Position numbers and translations under genes: made by a program. DNA of 64,000 nucleotides. Origin: Minisyncoccia bacterium. GTDB taxonomy: Bacteria > Patescibacteriota > Minisyncoccia > UBA6257 > JAAZHW01. Below the pieces are notes generated by a model. It had not been told where the DNA came from, did no database searches, and saw only the letters and a list, made by a program, of their open reading frames with translations. Of the stretch, positions 55,315 through 64,000 are shown in pieces (position 1 is the stretch's first letter; every line of letters begins with the position of its first letter). The DNA is taken from contig JBFEPE010000002.1 in the NCBI GenBank assembly GCA_041550235.1, forward strand, positions 909 through 64,908, read 5' to 3'.

Positions 55315-55929
55315 ATGTTTTATTATATTCCCCAAGCAATTCTTTTCTTATCACTTGTTGCTATTATTTGGATAGTTGCGAAGAATTTGAAAAAAGTTGA
55401 TGCTGTCATTGATGAGAATGATGGCTATTCATTGTCAAATAAATCGCCTAATCGTTTTGGGAAAAAGATATTCAATAATATTGCAATTGAGAAATTTGAT
55501 GATAAGTTTAATAGGATGATTGAAAAGATACTGAGGAGGATTAGAATTTTTATTATAAAGATTGATAGTTTCTTGCAAAAGATAATTGAATCTGTTAAAA
55601 AAAGTTCAAAGCCAAAAAGTATTTTTAAAACAGGCGAGAGTGTTGATTTTATTTCGGATGTAGATAATGATAAAGATGATGGTAGAGAAGAATATGGTGA
55701 TAGGGGAGATGATGAGAAAGAAAAAGAAGAGAACGATGATAAGGGTGAGAGTGATAATGAAAATAACGAGAAAGAGAAGATTGATTATGAAGAAGAAGGT
55801 GATAATGATAATAATGATAATGATGAGGTAGAATATGAGAATAAGGGTAGGGATGAGGATGAGAGGGAAGAAAAAATTGAGGTGAAAAAAATAAAAGTGA
55901 GGATAAGAAGAATTAAGAAAGAAAGATAA
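55315..55929 (+). CDS. membrane-anchored hypothetical protein with acidic low-complexity tail
   Basis: N-terminal TM, EKILRRIRIFIIKID motif, D/E/N-rich C-terminus. Confidence 0.8.
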   Translation: MFYYIPQAILFLSLVAIIWIVAKNLKKVDAVIDENDGYSLSNKSPNRFGKKIFNNIAIEKFDDKFNRMIEKILRRIRIFIIKIDSFLQKIIESVKKSSKPKSIFKTGESVDFISDVDNDKDDGREEYGDRGDDEKEKEENDDKGESDNENNEKEKIDYEEEGDNDNNDNDEVEYENKGRDEDEREEKIEVKKIKVRIRRIKKER

Positions 55930-55948
55930 TAGTGAGAGAATAATAATT

Positions 55949-56022
55949 GCCTGAGTAGCTCAGTTGGTCAGAGCAACGGTTTTGTAAACCGTAGGTCGTC
56001 GGTTCGAATCCGACCTCAGGCT
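55949..56022 (+). tRNA. tRNA-Thr(TGT)
   Basis: cloverleaf, ACGGT-TTTGTAA-ACCGT. Confidence 0.96.
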
Positions 56023-56068
56023 CTCTTTTTTTTGCTTTTGTTTGTTTGTGTTGGCGGGATTATAAATC

Positions 56069-56180
56069 ATCTTGAAATATATAAAAAGAATATCAATACA
56101 TCCCCTCCCCGCCGAAGGGCGGGGAGGGGATGCTAAAGGCAATTATTATTGCCTTATTATTATCTTGAAATGTATAAAAA
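56069..56180. repeat. palindrome (56099-56132) flanked by an 18/19 direct repeat
   Basis: ATCTTGAAAT(A/G)TATAAAAA at 56069 and 56162. Confidence 0.88.
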
Positions 56181-56217
56181 AATGATTTAATATAATACCG
56201 ATGGATGATTGATAATT

Positions 56218-56301
56218 GGGTAGGTGGCGGAGTAGTCAATCGCACCAGACTGTAAATCTGGCGGCCTTGTGCCTACGCAGGTGCAAATCCTGCCCTGCCC
56301 A
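56218..56301 (+). tRNA. tRNA-Tyr(GTA)
   Basis: CCAGA-CTGTAAA-TCTGG, long variable arm. Confidence 0.95.
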
Positions 56302-56323
56302 CACTTTTTCTTAAATTTAAATA

Positions 56324-56347
56324 AAAAAACCGCTCAGCGGTTTTTTT
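56324..56347. terminator. bidirectional terminator
   Basis: AAAAAACCGC-TCA-GCGGTTTTTT. Confidence 0.75.
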
Positions 56348-56537
56348 ATGCCATTTCTTTTTTTGAAATAGTCCGAATACATCTCACACATGCCTTTATC
56401 TTTTGACCATCTCCTAATTTAGTTGATTGAATATTCGCTTTTTGTCGGCGGACATTAACAGGGTTCCATTTACTTCGGACCTTTTTATATTTAATTGCTT
56501 TTTGGGATGATTTCCCGCATATTTCACATTGTCTCAT
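56346..56537 (-). CDS. rpmB: 50S ribosomal protein L28
   Basis: MRQCEICGK..RRQKANIQ..KACVRCIRT. Confidence 0.88.
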   Translation of the reverse strand: MRQCEICGKSSQKAIKYKKVRSKWNPVNVRRQKANIQSTKLGDGQKIKACVRCIRTISKKEMA

Positions 56538-56600
56538 AATACGATTATATTATACTATTTTAAAAAATAATCAATATTTGCATCATAGTATTAATGAAAA

Positions 56601-56800
56601 AACTCCCCCCCGCCGAAGGTGGGGGGGGGGTTGGCTAAGTAATATATAAAAAATAATCAAATATATGTATTCGCCTTCCCCCTCGCCGTTGGCGAGGGGG
56701 AGGATCTGGCTAAGTAATATATAAAAAATAATCAAATAATAATTAATTAATAATGAATAAGATGATATTAATATCCCCCCGCCTTCGGCGGGGGGATATT
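56601..56800. repeat. three tandem palindromes with an exact 32-bp direct repeat
   Basis: TGGCTAAGTAATATATAAAAAATAATCAAATA at 56632 and 56707. Confidence 0.92.
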
Positions 56801-56864
56801 GGAATAAATTATCTTATTTATTTAAACATTGATTTTATTTAATAAGTATGTATAATTCAAAAAT

Positions 56865-57233
56865 ATGATACAACCGGAAACAAAATTAAAAATTGCTGAT
56901 AATAGCGGAGCAAAAATGGTCAAGTGCTTTAAGATTCTTGGAGGTAGCAAGAGAAGATATGCTCAAATAGGGGACATTGTTGTCGCTTCCGTTAAGGTTG
57001 CTGAGCCACGAAAGGCAGTTAAGAAAAAGGATGTGGTAAAGTGTGTTATTGTGAGACAAAGAAGGGCTTATCGTCGTCCTGATGGTTCATATATAAGATT
57101 TGATGATAATGCTGCTGTGATAATTGATACAAAGAAGGAGCCGAAGGCAACAAGAATTTTTGGTCCAATTCCAAGAGATCTCCGCGAGAAGGGTTATCAA
57201 AAGATTATATCAATGGCATCCGATGTTATATAG
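56865..57233 (+). CDS. rplN: 50S ribosomal protein L14
   Basis: [32 protein letters not shown]. Confidence 0.98.
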   Translation: MIQPETKLKIADNSGAKMVKCFKILGGSKRRYAQIGDIVVASVKVAEPRKAVKKKDVVKCVIVRQRRAYRRPDGSYIRFDDNAAVIIDTKKEPKATRIFGPIPRDLREKGYQKIISMASDVI

Positions 57234-57323
57234 CAGGTTTGAATATTTAAAAATAAAAAAAATAGAGGGACAAGTTGCTTTTGATAGCATCTTGTCCCAC
57301 TCAATGTTTTTTCGTTTGCCCTC

Positions 57324-57671
57324 TTAATCTTCTTGCTTTTTCGTCGCAGGCACGCGATAGTCTATGGGTACTCCCTGGCTAAGAACATTTTTCATTGTCC
57401 CGAGGGTGAATGTTAGTAAATAAAATAGCTCGCGTGTGTTTATTCCACCTTCATCATTCGCCAAATTTTTTAGGCAAGGCATCTTTTCTTTAACCGGAAT
57501 ACATACATCCAAATACTTTTTACCATCAATATGCGGGGCTTCAAAGTGGATATTTGCCCCACCGAGATTGTATCCCCTTATGATACAAGATGCAATCATT
57601 GATGCTAGATCCCTAGGCTCTTTAAATTCAACCGTGATTTTATCATCTTCACTTTCTTTATGCTTATGCAT
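57324..57671 (-). CDS. orphan hypothetical protein inserted between rplN and rplX
   Basis: AAGGAGG SD before ATG 57671, TTGACA-18-TATGAT promoter, terminator near 57260-57300. Confidence 0.75.
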   Translation of the reverse strand: MHKHKESEDDKITVEFKEPRDLASMIASCIIRGYNLGGANIHFEAPHIDGKKYLDVCIPVKEKMPCLKNLANDEGGINTRELFYLLTFTLGTMKNVLSQGVPIDYRVPATKKQED

Positions 57672-57737
57672 GGTAAAACCTCCTTTTATATTTCTAAAAT
57701 AATCATAACACATATTTAAATAAAATGTCAAGAGGCG

Positions 57738-58026
57738 ACCCGCTTGAGGCGGGCGGGTTGCTGGAGTATTATTTGCCTCTGGTGGAGAGGAACACCCCGT
57801 CTCGCCAAGAGGCGAGCCACCCCTCTATTAGAGGGGAATAAAACAACTTGAAATTATTATTTAATTATTGTAATATAGGGTTTGTTTGGTAATCTTGCGA
57901 GTAAATTACTTTGAATTATGAAATGCCTCCCTCTTGTCACCCCCGCGAAGGCGGGGGTCTAAAAACCTCGCCAAAACGGAGATGCCCGCTTTCGCGGGCA
58001 TGACAAAGAAGAGACGGGAATGACAA
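57738..58026. repeat. repeat cluster 5' of rplX
   Basis: empty CACCCCGTC element at 57793-57839 and TGTCA..TGACA element at 57934-58006. Confidence 0.9.
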
Positions 58027-58035
58027 AGAAAAAAT

Positions 58036-58356
58036 ATGAATTCAATAAAAACAAAAGTTAAAAAAGGAGACGAAGTAATGATGTTGGCAGGAAAAGACAA
58101 AGGCAAAAAAGGAAAAATATTAAGAATATTGAGAGAAAAAAATAAAGTAATGATTGAGGGCTTGAATTTAGTAAAGAAACATCAAAGACCAAGAAAGCAA
58201 GGAGAAAAAGGGGAAATTGTCTCATTGCCAAGATTTGTAGATATTTCAAATGTTGGAATATATTGCTCTCCTTGTGGAAAAGGAGTGAGAGTCGGATATC
58301 GTCTTGATGGCGATCAGAAAATAAGAATTTGTAAAAAATGTCAGCAAAGCATATAA
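58036..58356 (+). CDS. rplX: 50S ribosomal protein L24
   Basis: KKGDEVMMLAGKDKGKKG KOW motif. Confidence 0.97.
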   Translation: MNSIKTKVKKGDEVMMLAGKDKGKKGKILRILREKNKVMIEGLNLVKKHQRPRKQGEKGEIVSLPRFVDISNVGIYCSPCGKGVRVGYRLDGDQKIRICKKCQQSI

Positions 58357-58916
58357 CAATTGAAGAAAAGCATAAAAAGGACATATTAGATAAGTCAAAG
58401 GAATTATTTGGAGTGAAAAATAAAATGTCTGCCCCAAAAATATCAAAAGTAGTTGTTAATGCAGGATTAGGCAGGAAATTATTAAGTATTGAATCAGGAA
58501 AATCAAGGGAAGAACTTTTGAATAATTTTAAGAGCGACTTAATGTTAATAACCGGTCAAGCATTATCAGAAGCAAAAGCAAAAAAATCAATTGCTTCTTT
58601 TAAGAGCAGGGAAGGAATGGTTATTGGATTGAAGGGGACAATAAGAGGAAAAAGAATGAATGATTTTTTGGACCGACTTATAAATTTCGTGTTTCCAAGA
58701 GTGAGGGACTTTAGAGGATTGTCCTTGAGTAATGTTGATAAGAATGGTAATTTGAATATTGGAATTAAAGAAATGATAGTTTTTCCAGAGGTGCCACCAT
58801 CAAGTTCAAAGAATGTTTTTGGGCTACAAATAACAGTCGTTCCTGAAAATATTAAAAATAGAGAGCAGGCAATTGAGTTTTATAGAATATTGGGCTTTCC
58901 TCTAAAAAAAGGTTGA
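58338..58916 (+). CDS. rplE: 50S ribosomal protein L5
   Basis: [28 protein letters not shown]. Confidence 0.97.
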   Translation: MSAKHITIEEKHKKDILDKSKELFGVKNKMSAPKISKVVVNAGLGRKLLSIESGKSREELLNNFKSDLMLITGQALSEAKAKKSIASFKSREGMVIGLKGTIRGKRMNDFLDRLINFVFPRVRDFRGLSLSNVDKNGNLNIGIKEMIVFPEVPPSSSKNVFGLQITVVPENIKNREQAIEFYRILGFPLKKG

Positions 58917-58932
58917 TTTATTGATAATAAAT

Positions 58933-59118
58933 ATGGCAAAACAATCAGTAATTGCGAGAGCAAAGAAAAAACCAAAATTCTCAACGAGAAAGGTGAATCG
59001 CTGTTTCCGTTGTGGTCGTGCCCGATATCTTATCGGTGATTTTGGAGTTTGTAGAATTTGTTTTAGAGAAATGGTCTCGAATGGCGAAATCCCAGGAATC
59101 AAGAAGTCGTCTTGGTAG
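58933..59118 (+). CDS. rpsN: 30S ribosomal protein S14 (zinc-binding type)
   Basis: [24 protein letters not shown]. Confidence 0.97.
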   Translation: MAKQSVIARAKKKPKFSTRKVNRCFRCGRARYLIGDFGVCRICFREMVSNGEIPGIKKSSW

Positions 59119-59137
59119 TATAATAAGAAGTAGAAAT

Positions 59138-59527
59138 ATGGATACAATAGCAGATTTATTAACACAAATAAGAAATGCATTAGCGGTTAAGAAACCGCTT
59201 ATTTCTGTTCCACACTCAAACTTCAAACAGAATTTAGCCGAATTATTAAGTCGCAGAGGATATTTGGGAAAGATTGAGAAAACAGGAAGGGGTGTTAAGA
59301 AAAATATTAAAATAGAATTAAATTATGACGAGAATGGAAGCCCAAGAATAGTAGAAATAAAGAAAATAAGCAAGCCCGGACAAAGAATATATTCTACTGC
59401 ATCAGAGATAAAGCCAGTAAAGTCGGGACTGGGTCATAGAATAATCTCTACTTCATCAGGATTAATGTTTGATTTTGAGGCAAGAAAGAAGGGATTAGGA
59501 GGCGAAGTAATCTGCGAAATATTTTAA
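59138..59527 (+). CDS. rpsH: 30S ribosomal protein S8
   Basis: MDTIADLLTQIRNA, ISKPGQRIY, GGEVICEIF. Confidence 0.97.
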   Translation: MDTIADLLTQIRNALAVKKPLISVPHSNFKQNLAELLSRRGYLGKIEKTGRGVKKNIKIELNYDENGSPRIVEIKKISKPGQRIYSTASEIKPVKSGLGHRIISTSSGLMFDFEARKKGLGGEVICEIF

Positions 59528-59838
59528 TATCTTTCTTTAAATAAAATCCACCGCCAACCATTTTGGTTGGTTGGTGGCGGATAGGAAAGTGTTCTTCTTC
59601 TAGTCTCTTTTTTCAGATTTCTCCTTACAAGAGTTAGGAGGGGGGTTGGTCTCATTAAAAATATTATGTATATAGAGAGACAGAATAACGAGAAGTTAAC
59701 GGGAGCAATTATGGGCAAAATGTCTAATGGTAATCCAAATAAACCCAAGCATGCTATAATCGTTATTGAAAGCAATAAAATCGGTACCCTAAGCATAATA
59801 TAAACAGCAAGTAATAATAAAATTTTTTTTGCACTCAT
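59524..59838 (-). CDS. orphan two-TM protein inserted between rpsH and rplF
   Basis: AAGGAG SD; TTGACA-17-TATAAT promoter at about 59899-59927. Confidence 0.7.
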   Translation of the reverse strand: MSAKKILLLLAVYIMLRVPILLLSITIIACLGLFGLPLDILPIIAPVNFSLFCLSIYIIFLMRPTPLLTLVRRNLKKETRRRTLSYPPPTNQNGWRWILFKERY

Positions 59839-59985
59839 TTCTTTTCTCCTTATTATAATATTTTCTTACTTTTAAATTGTACTACTTTATCTATACTCAT
59901 TATAACATATTCATAAAAATTTGTCAAGGGGCTGAAAATGTGTCATTATATATCACGAAAATAAGGGTATATATTGAAATCTTTA

Positions 59986-60096
59986 AATAAATAATTAAAC
60001 TAATAAGATTATATTAAAATAGAGGGATTGCCTCCCCCTCGCAAAGCGAGGGGGAGGCAGGGCATTGATATAATTAATAAATAATTAAACTAATAA
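59986..60096. repeat. palindrome (60029-60059) flanked by an exact 21-bp direct repeat
   Basis: AATAAATAATTAAACTAATAA at 59986 and 60076. Confidence 0.9.
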
Positions 60097-60122
60097 TAAA
60101 ATAATTAATATCATAAAATACC

Positions 60123-60668
60123 ATGTCAAAAATTGGAAAAGCAAAAATTAAATTACCAAGTGGAGTAGAGGCGAAGATAAGCGACTCTGTTTTTTCCGTT
60201 AAGGGACCAAAGGGAGAATTAAATGAAAAAATATTTGATGGCTTTTCTATTTCTATTGAAGATTCCGAAATATCAGTTATCCCACCAGAAAATGCAGGCA
60301 AACAAATCCCTGCCTTATGGGGAACATTAAGGGCATTGATAAGCAATGCCGTTATAGGAGTGAGCGAAGGATATGAGAAAAAACTTATTGTTGAAGGAAT
60401 AGGATTTAAAGTGGTAATAGAAGGAAAAAATTTAGTCCTAAATTTAGGATTTTCACACTCAATAAATTTTCCAATTCCTGATGGCATTGAGATGACAACA
60501 GAAAAAAATACAATTACAATTAAGGGAATAAATAAGGAATTGGTCGGACAAACAGCGGCTGAAATAAGAGCATTTAAAAAACCAGAGCCATACAAGGGAA
60601 AGGGGATTAGGTATAGTGATGAGGTTGTGAGGCGAAAGGCAGGTAAGAAGGCAGTTGGAGCAGGATAA
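60123..60668 (+). CDS. rplF: 50S ribosomal protein L6
   Basis: MSKIGK, VKGPKGEL, KPEPYKGKGIRY. Confidence 0.98.
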   Translation: MSKIGKAKIKLPSGVEAKISDSVFSVKGPKGELNEKIFDGFSISIEDSEISVIPPENAGKQIPALWGTLRALISNAVIGVSEGYEKKLIVEGIGFKVVIEGKNLVLNLGFSHSINFPIPDGIEMTTEKNTITIKGINKELVGQTAAEIRAFKKPEPYKGKGIRYSDEVVRRKAGKKAVGAG

Positions 60669-60683
60669 TGAAGGGTGATATTC

Positions 60684-60779
60684 TGCCCGCCCGCCTATGG
60701 CGGGGGGTGATAAGACCCACCTTCGTTAAAACTTCGGCGGGGCAAAACCCGCCTTCGTTAAAACTTCGGCGAGGCGAAG
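60684..60779. repeat. palindrome plus two tandem CCCRCCTTCGTTAAAACTTCGGCG elements
   Basis: two near-identical 32-bp units. Confidence 0.9.
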
Positions 60780-60787
60780 TAAAAAAC

Positions 60788-61147
60788 ATGAAAAATCAAC
60801 AAAAAGAAAAAAATAGAAAAAAGGTATTTAGGAAAAGAAGGGCAGGGGCTCTTATATTTGGAGATGCTCAAACACCACGATTGTCAGTATTTCGCTCCAA
60901 CTCCCATATTTATGGGCAGATTATTGATGATAAGAAAAGAAGCACTATTGTGAGTGCTTCTGATTTAGAGATAAAGGATAGTAAGTTGAATAAGACTCAA
61001 AGGGCGATGAAGGTTGGTGAGTTGTTGGCAACAAAGGCTAAGTCAGTAAAAATATTAAAGGTTGTTTTTGATAGAGGAGGTAATAGATATCATGGACGAG
61101 TCAAAGCATTAGCTGAAGGATCACGAAAAGGAGGTTTGGTGTTTTAA
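60788..61147 (+). CDS. rplR: 50S ribosomal protein L18
   Basis: PRLSVFRSN, VVFDRGG..YHGRVKALAE. Confidence 0.97.
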   Translation: MKNQQKEKNRKKVFRKRRAGALIFGDAQTPRLSVFRSNSHIYGQIIDDKKRSTIVSASDLEIKDSKLNKTQRAMKVGELLATKAKSVKILKVVFDRGGNRYHGRVKALAEGSRKGGLVF

Positions 61148-61162
61148 TTTTTTAATAAAATC

Positions 61163-61188
61163 ACCCGCCCGCCAATGGCGGGGGGGGG
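61163..61188. repeat. GC-rich palindrome between rplR and rpsE
   Basis: CCCGCC-AAT-GGCGGG with G-run. Confidence 0.8.
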
Positions 61189-61235
61189 TTATAGACTTGT
61201 TTTTGTTTAAATATTTAGTAATATCTTTAATAAAT

Positions 61236-61814
61236 ATGTTTGATAAGAATAATCAACAATTTAATAATAGAGGTAGGGGTAAAAAAGGTCCATTTAAGGG
61301 AAGAGGCAGAAGACCGATGATTGAAAAGAAGTATGATGAAAAACTTCTTAGTTTGGATAGAGTAGTCCGAGTAACCGCTGGAGGAAAGAGGTTTAGTTTT
61401 AGGGCAACTATGGCAATGGGCGACAAGAAGGGAAAGGTAGGAGTAGGTATTGCCAAGGGAAAGGATGTCGCTTCTGCTATTGCCAAAGCAAAGGCGGATG
61501 CTGAAAAAAACATGATTTCTCTTAATATCTCCGAAAGAACAATTCCTCATGAGACAAGGGCAAAATATTGTGCAGCTGATATAATAATAAAACCAGCAAG
61601 CGCTGGTCATGGATTGGTGGCTGGTGGAGCAATAAGAACAATTTGTGATTTAGTAGGAATAAGGGATATTTCAGCTAAGAAGTTGGGAAATACGAGCAAT
61701 CAATTGAGTAATGCGAGGGCGACTATTCTCGCTCTACAAAAGTTGAGATTTAAGGATTTAGGAAAGAAGGAGGAGGTTGCTTCTTCTGTCACTCCTGCGG
61801 AGGCAGGGGCTTAA
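61236..61814 (+). CDS. rpsE: 30S ribosomal protein S5
   Basis: RVVRVTAGGKRFSF, PASAGHGLVAGG. Confidence 0.97.
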   Translation: MFDKNNQQFNNRGRGKKGPFKGRGRRPMIEKKYDEKLLSLDRVVRVTAGGKRFSFRATMAMGDKKGKVGVGIAKGKDVASAIAKAKADAEKNMISLNISERTIPHETRAKYCAADIIIKPASAGHGLVAGGAIRTICDLVGIRDISAKKLGNTSNQLSNARATILALQKLRFKDLGKKEEVASSVTPAEAGA

Positions 61815-61847
61815 AGTATAAGACAAAAAATGAGAGAAACATGAGAT

Positions 61848-61899
61848 GCCCCGCCTAAGGCGGGCAGGCTGCCGGAGTATTATCCGCCTCTGGCGGGGA
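61848..61899. repeat. composite repeat at the position where rpmD normally lies
   Basis: GCCCCGCCTAAGGCGGGC..GAGTATTATCCGCCTCTGGCGG; sibling at 57738-57785. Confidence 0.85.
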
Positions 61900-61907
61900 A
61901 TATAAAT

Positions 61908-62330
61908 ATGCAAATACATACAATAACAAAAACATATAAAACAAAGGCGAAGAAGAGAGTTGGAAGAGGAGGGAAAAGGGGGACATACTCAGGAAAGGGA
62001 ATGAAGGGTCAGAAGTCTCGAGCGGGAAAGAATATTCGTCCAGCTGAAAGAGATTATATTATTAGGTTGCCTAAGAAAAGAGGTGTTAAGTTTAAGTCCA
62101 TAAAAATAAAGCCGGAAATAATAAATATATCTCAATTAGATAAGAATTTTAAGAATAATGATACAATATCTCCAAGGGCATTATTGGATAAGGGATTAGT
62201 TAAGAAGCAAGGTAGAAAAAATCCTGAAGTTAAGATATTAGCAATGGGCGATACAAAGAAGAAGTTTATTATTAAGAATTGTCAATTTTCCAAAGAAGCA
62301 GGCAATAAGCTCGGAATCAGCACAAATTAA
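61908..62330 (+). CDS. rplO: 50S ribosomal protein L15
   Basis: KRVGRGGKRGTYSGKGMKGQKSRAG, RLPKKRG. Confidence 0.96.
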   Translation: MQIHTITKTYKTKAKKRVGRGGKRGTYSGKGMKGQKSRAGKNIRPAERDYIIRLPKKRGVKFKSIKIKPEIINISQLDKNFKNNDTISPRALLDKGLVKKQGRKNPEVKILAMGDTKKKFIIKNCQFSKEAGNKLGISTN

Positions 62331-62433
62331 TTTTTATTATTTTGTGCTCTTTGATTATCTGTCTGATATTATTTTGATTATTTTATTTTTTGTTTTTTGT
62401 TTCTGTCATCTCTGCTTTTCTTTTGTCATACCT

Positions 62434-62512
62434 GTCCGTTAGAGGTGGCACATCCGCCTCAGGCGGGCGGATAGTACTTCGGCAGCTTGCCCGCCTATGG
62501 CGGGAATGACAA
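62434..62512. repeat. nested repeat cluster
   Basis: 22-bp module on the minus strand at 62445-62466. Confidence 0.85.
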
Positions 62513-62665
62513 TAAAAATTTATTGAAATAAAAAAATAGGACAGAGGTTGCTTTTTCTCAAAGCAACATGTCCAATAGACCTCTTGCAAAATAGCAATCA
62601 TCTTCCATTCTTTTAGGCAGAAACCTCCCAAATTTCAGAATATTATCTATGAATTAGATAACATT

Positions 62666-63058
62666 CTAAAGTTTTTGCATAGAGCAAAGACAAATCCACC
62701 AAACAAAAACATTAAGGATTAAAAATCCTGCCCTCGAAAACCCCACTACATCACTATTCTTGCTTTTGATTCCACGGATGCTTAATATCGATAAATAAAG
62801 AAAGAAGATGACACCGAATATAACATCGTCCATCATGAGTATTTTTTGAAAACCAAGTTCTAATATTAGTATTGTTGAAAAAATTGCCGTCAAAGAGAAT
62901 AGTATCACCATTTTATTTTCTTCTTTTCCCCACCATCCGCTTAATTTCTCTTTTTTTTCTTTCCACCAATTCCACCAATTTTTACTTGAAATCTTTAATT
63001 TATCAAAAGATGATAAATGTAGATATTTTTTGGAAAGTTCCTTATATGATAAACTCAT
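62666..63058 (-). CDS. orphan three-TM protein inserted between rplO and secY
   Basis: GAGG SD, TTGACA-16-TATGAT promoter, terminator near 62530-62590. Confidence 0.75.
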   Translation of the reverse strand: MSLSYKELSKKYLHLSSFDKLKISSKNWWNWWKEKKEKLSGWWGKEENKMVILFSLTAIFSTILILELGFQKILMMDDVIFGVIFFLYLSILSIRGIKSKNSDVVGFSRAGFLILNVFVWWICLCSMQKL

Positions 63059-63200
63059 TTTACACCTCTCTTATATTTTTAATTTTTTGGGGTACATCTG
63101 CCTCTATCATATCACAAATAAATTATTTGTCAAATTTTGAAAAATAAAAAACTGATGCCGACTTTTATTTTTGGCATCAGGATAATGAGTTATTTTTTAT

Positions 63201-63356
63201 TTATTGAGCATTAGGGAATATCCCAAAAATTTCCCTTATTTCTTTGCCTATTAATAGATCCATTCTTGCAATCCATAAGACCAATCCAATGATTATTAAA
63301 ATAATCTGAGATATACTTAATTCTCTTAAAAAATTAAAAAACCACTCCATTTCCAT
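63201..63356 (-). CDS. orphan 51-aa membrane peptide (not in ORF track)
   Basis: GGGAGG SD, TTGACT promoter; MEMEWFLIFLRELSISQIILIIIGLVLWIARMDLLIGKEIREIFGIFPNAQ. Confidence 0.6.
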   Translation of the reverse strand: MEMEWFFNFLRELSISQIILIIIGLVLWIARMDLLIGKEIREIFGIFPNAQ

Positions 63357-63493
63357 TTTTAACCTCCCGAAATCAGAATATCAAATAATTATCAAAAAGT
63401 CAAGGAGCAGAAATACGAGTGTGTTATATTGATATTTATTAAGAAATGATTAGAATGATAATGTGATGTGGCTGATATATTTGTCGACAAAAA

Positions 63494-63621
63494 AACACCC
63501 CGTCCCGCATGAGGCGGACATGACACTCTCTTTGTCGCCCCCGCGAAGGCGGGGGTCTAAAAACAAAGCAAAGCGGAGATGCCTGCCTTCGCAGGCATGA
63601 CAATAAAAGTGGGAATGACAA
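63494..63621. repeat. repeat cluster 5' of secY
   Basis: CACCCCGTC element and TGTC..TGACA element. Confidence 0.9.
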
Positions 63622-63668
63622 GGGGGGGATAATTTATCTATTTCGTAATTCAAAGAATAATATAAAAA

Positions 63669-64000
63669 ATGAAATTTTTTGAGAAAATAAGGCAGGTATT
63701 TCTATTACCTGACTTAAGAAAAAAAATATTTATAGTCTTGGCTCTATTAGTAGTAGTCCGATTATTTGCCGCCGTTCCAGTTCCGGGAATAGATGCCGAA
63801 AGATTGAAGGCAATTTTTGCTTCCAGTCAATTGCTGGGAATATTAAATATATTCTCAGGAGGAACACTTAGCAACTTATCCATTGTGATGCTTGGAGTTG
63901 CCCCATATATTACCGCGACGATTATTATGCAACTTTTGACAATGGTTTTCCCAAGATTAAAAGAAATGTATCATGAAGAAGGTGAGGCAGGCAAGCAAAA
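63669..64000 (+). CDS. secY: preprotein translocase SecY (runs off window)
   Basis: DLRKKIF, VPVPGID, NIFSGG, LGVAPYITATIIMQLL. Confidence 0.97.
   Translation, partial: MKFFEKIRQVFLLPDLRKKIFIVLALLVVVRLFAAVPVPGIDAERLKAIFASSQLLGILNIFSGGTLSNLSIVMLGVAPYITATIIMQLLTMVFPRLKEMYHEEGEAGKQ

Noticed and set aside
55660-55870. GAT/GAA-rich tandem repeat
   Set aside because: Low-complexity coding sequence for an acidic tail with no discrete repeat unit.
56601-56800. CRISPR array (repeats with spacers), also considered at 2401-2599
   Set aside because: Only 2-3 units; the repeated part is AT-rich and locus-specific while the hairpins vary; no cas genes in the window.
58914-58916. TGA recoding (genetic code 25)
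   Set aside because: TGA terminates rplE at its expected length, and conserved genes read through without in-frame TGA.

Overview
AT-rich bacterial chromosome segment in the standard genetic code (TGA ends rplE and others). Gene content points to a Patescibacteria/CPR genome, probably Parcubacteria: no rpmD between rpsE and rplO, a fragmented S10 operon, pilMNOP, and SD-less housekeeping starts. The backbone is housekeeping genes (ctpA, rplI, khpA, prmC, ftsQ-like, rplC/D/W, ftsK, recA, rnhA, mraZ-rsmH-ftsL-like, valS, secD/secF, pilM-P, gap, rpsB-tsf, rpmB, spc operon to secY) plus 7 canonical tRNAs. Accessory genes include HEPN, HicAB twice, NYN, Doc, an RM pair and an isoprenoid-synthase-fold protein. 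Five non-coding or architectural patterns stand out. (1) Dozens of GC-rich palindromes fill most intergenic regions, many flanked by locus-specific 15-32 bp direct repeats that often duplicate the neighbouring gene start. (2) 22-32 bp micro-elements insert precisely into each other, up to four levels deep. (3) A promoter-driven, D-armless tRNA-like RNA with a G3-U70/A73 alanine signature carries a 30-nt palindrome in its T-loop. (4) Self-contained orphan micro-cassettes (promoter + SD + ORF), nearly all antisense, sit inside conserved operons. (5) Unannotated structured RNAs lie beside toxin or nuclease genes. No enzyme that would mobilise the repeats is visible here. All calls were made by eye without database searches, and repeat boundaries are approximate to a few bases.
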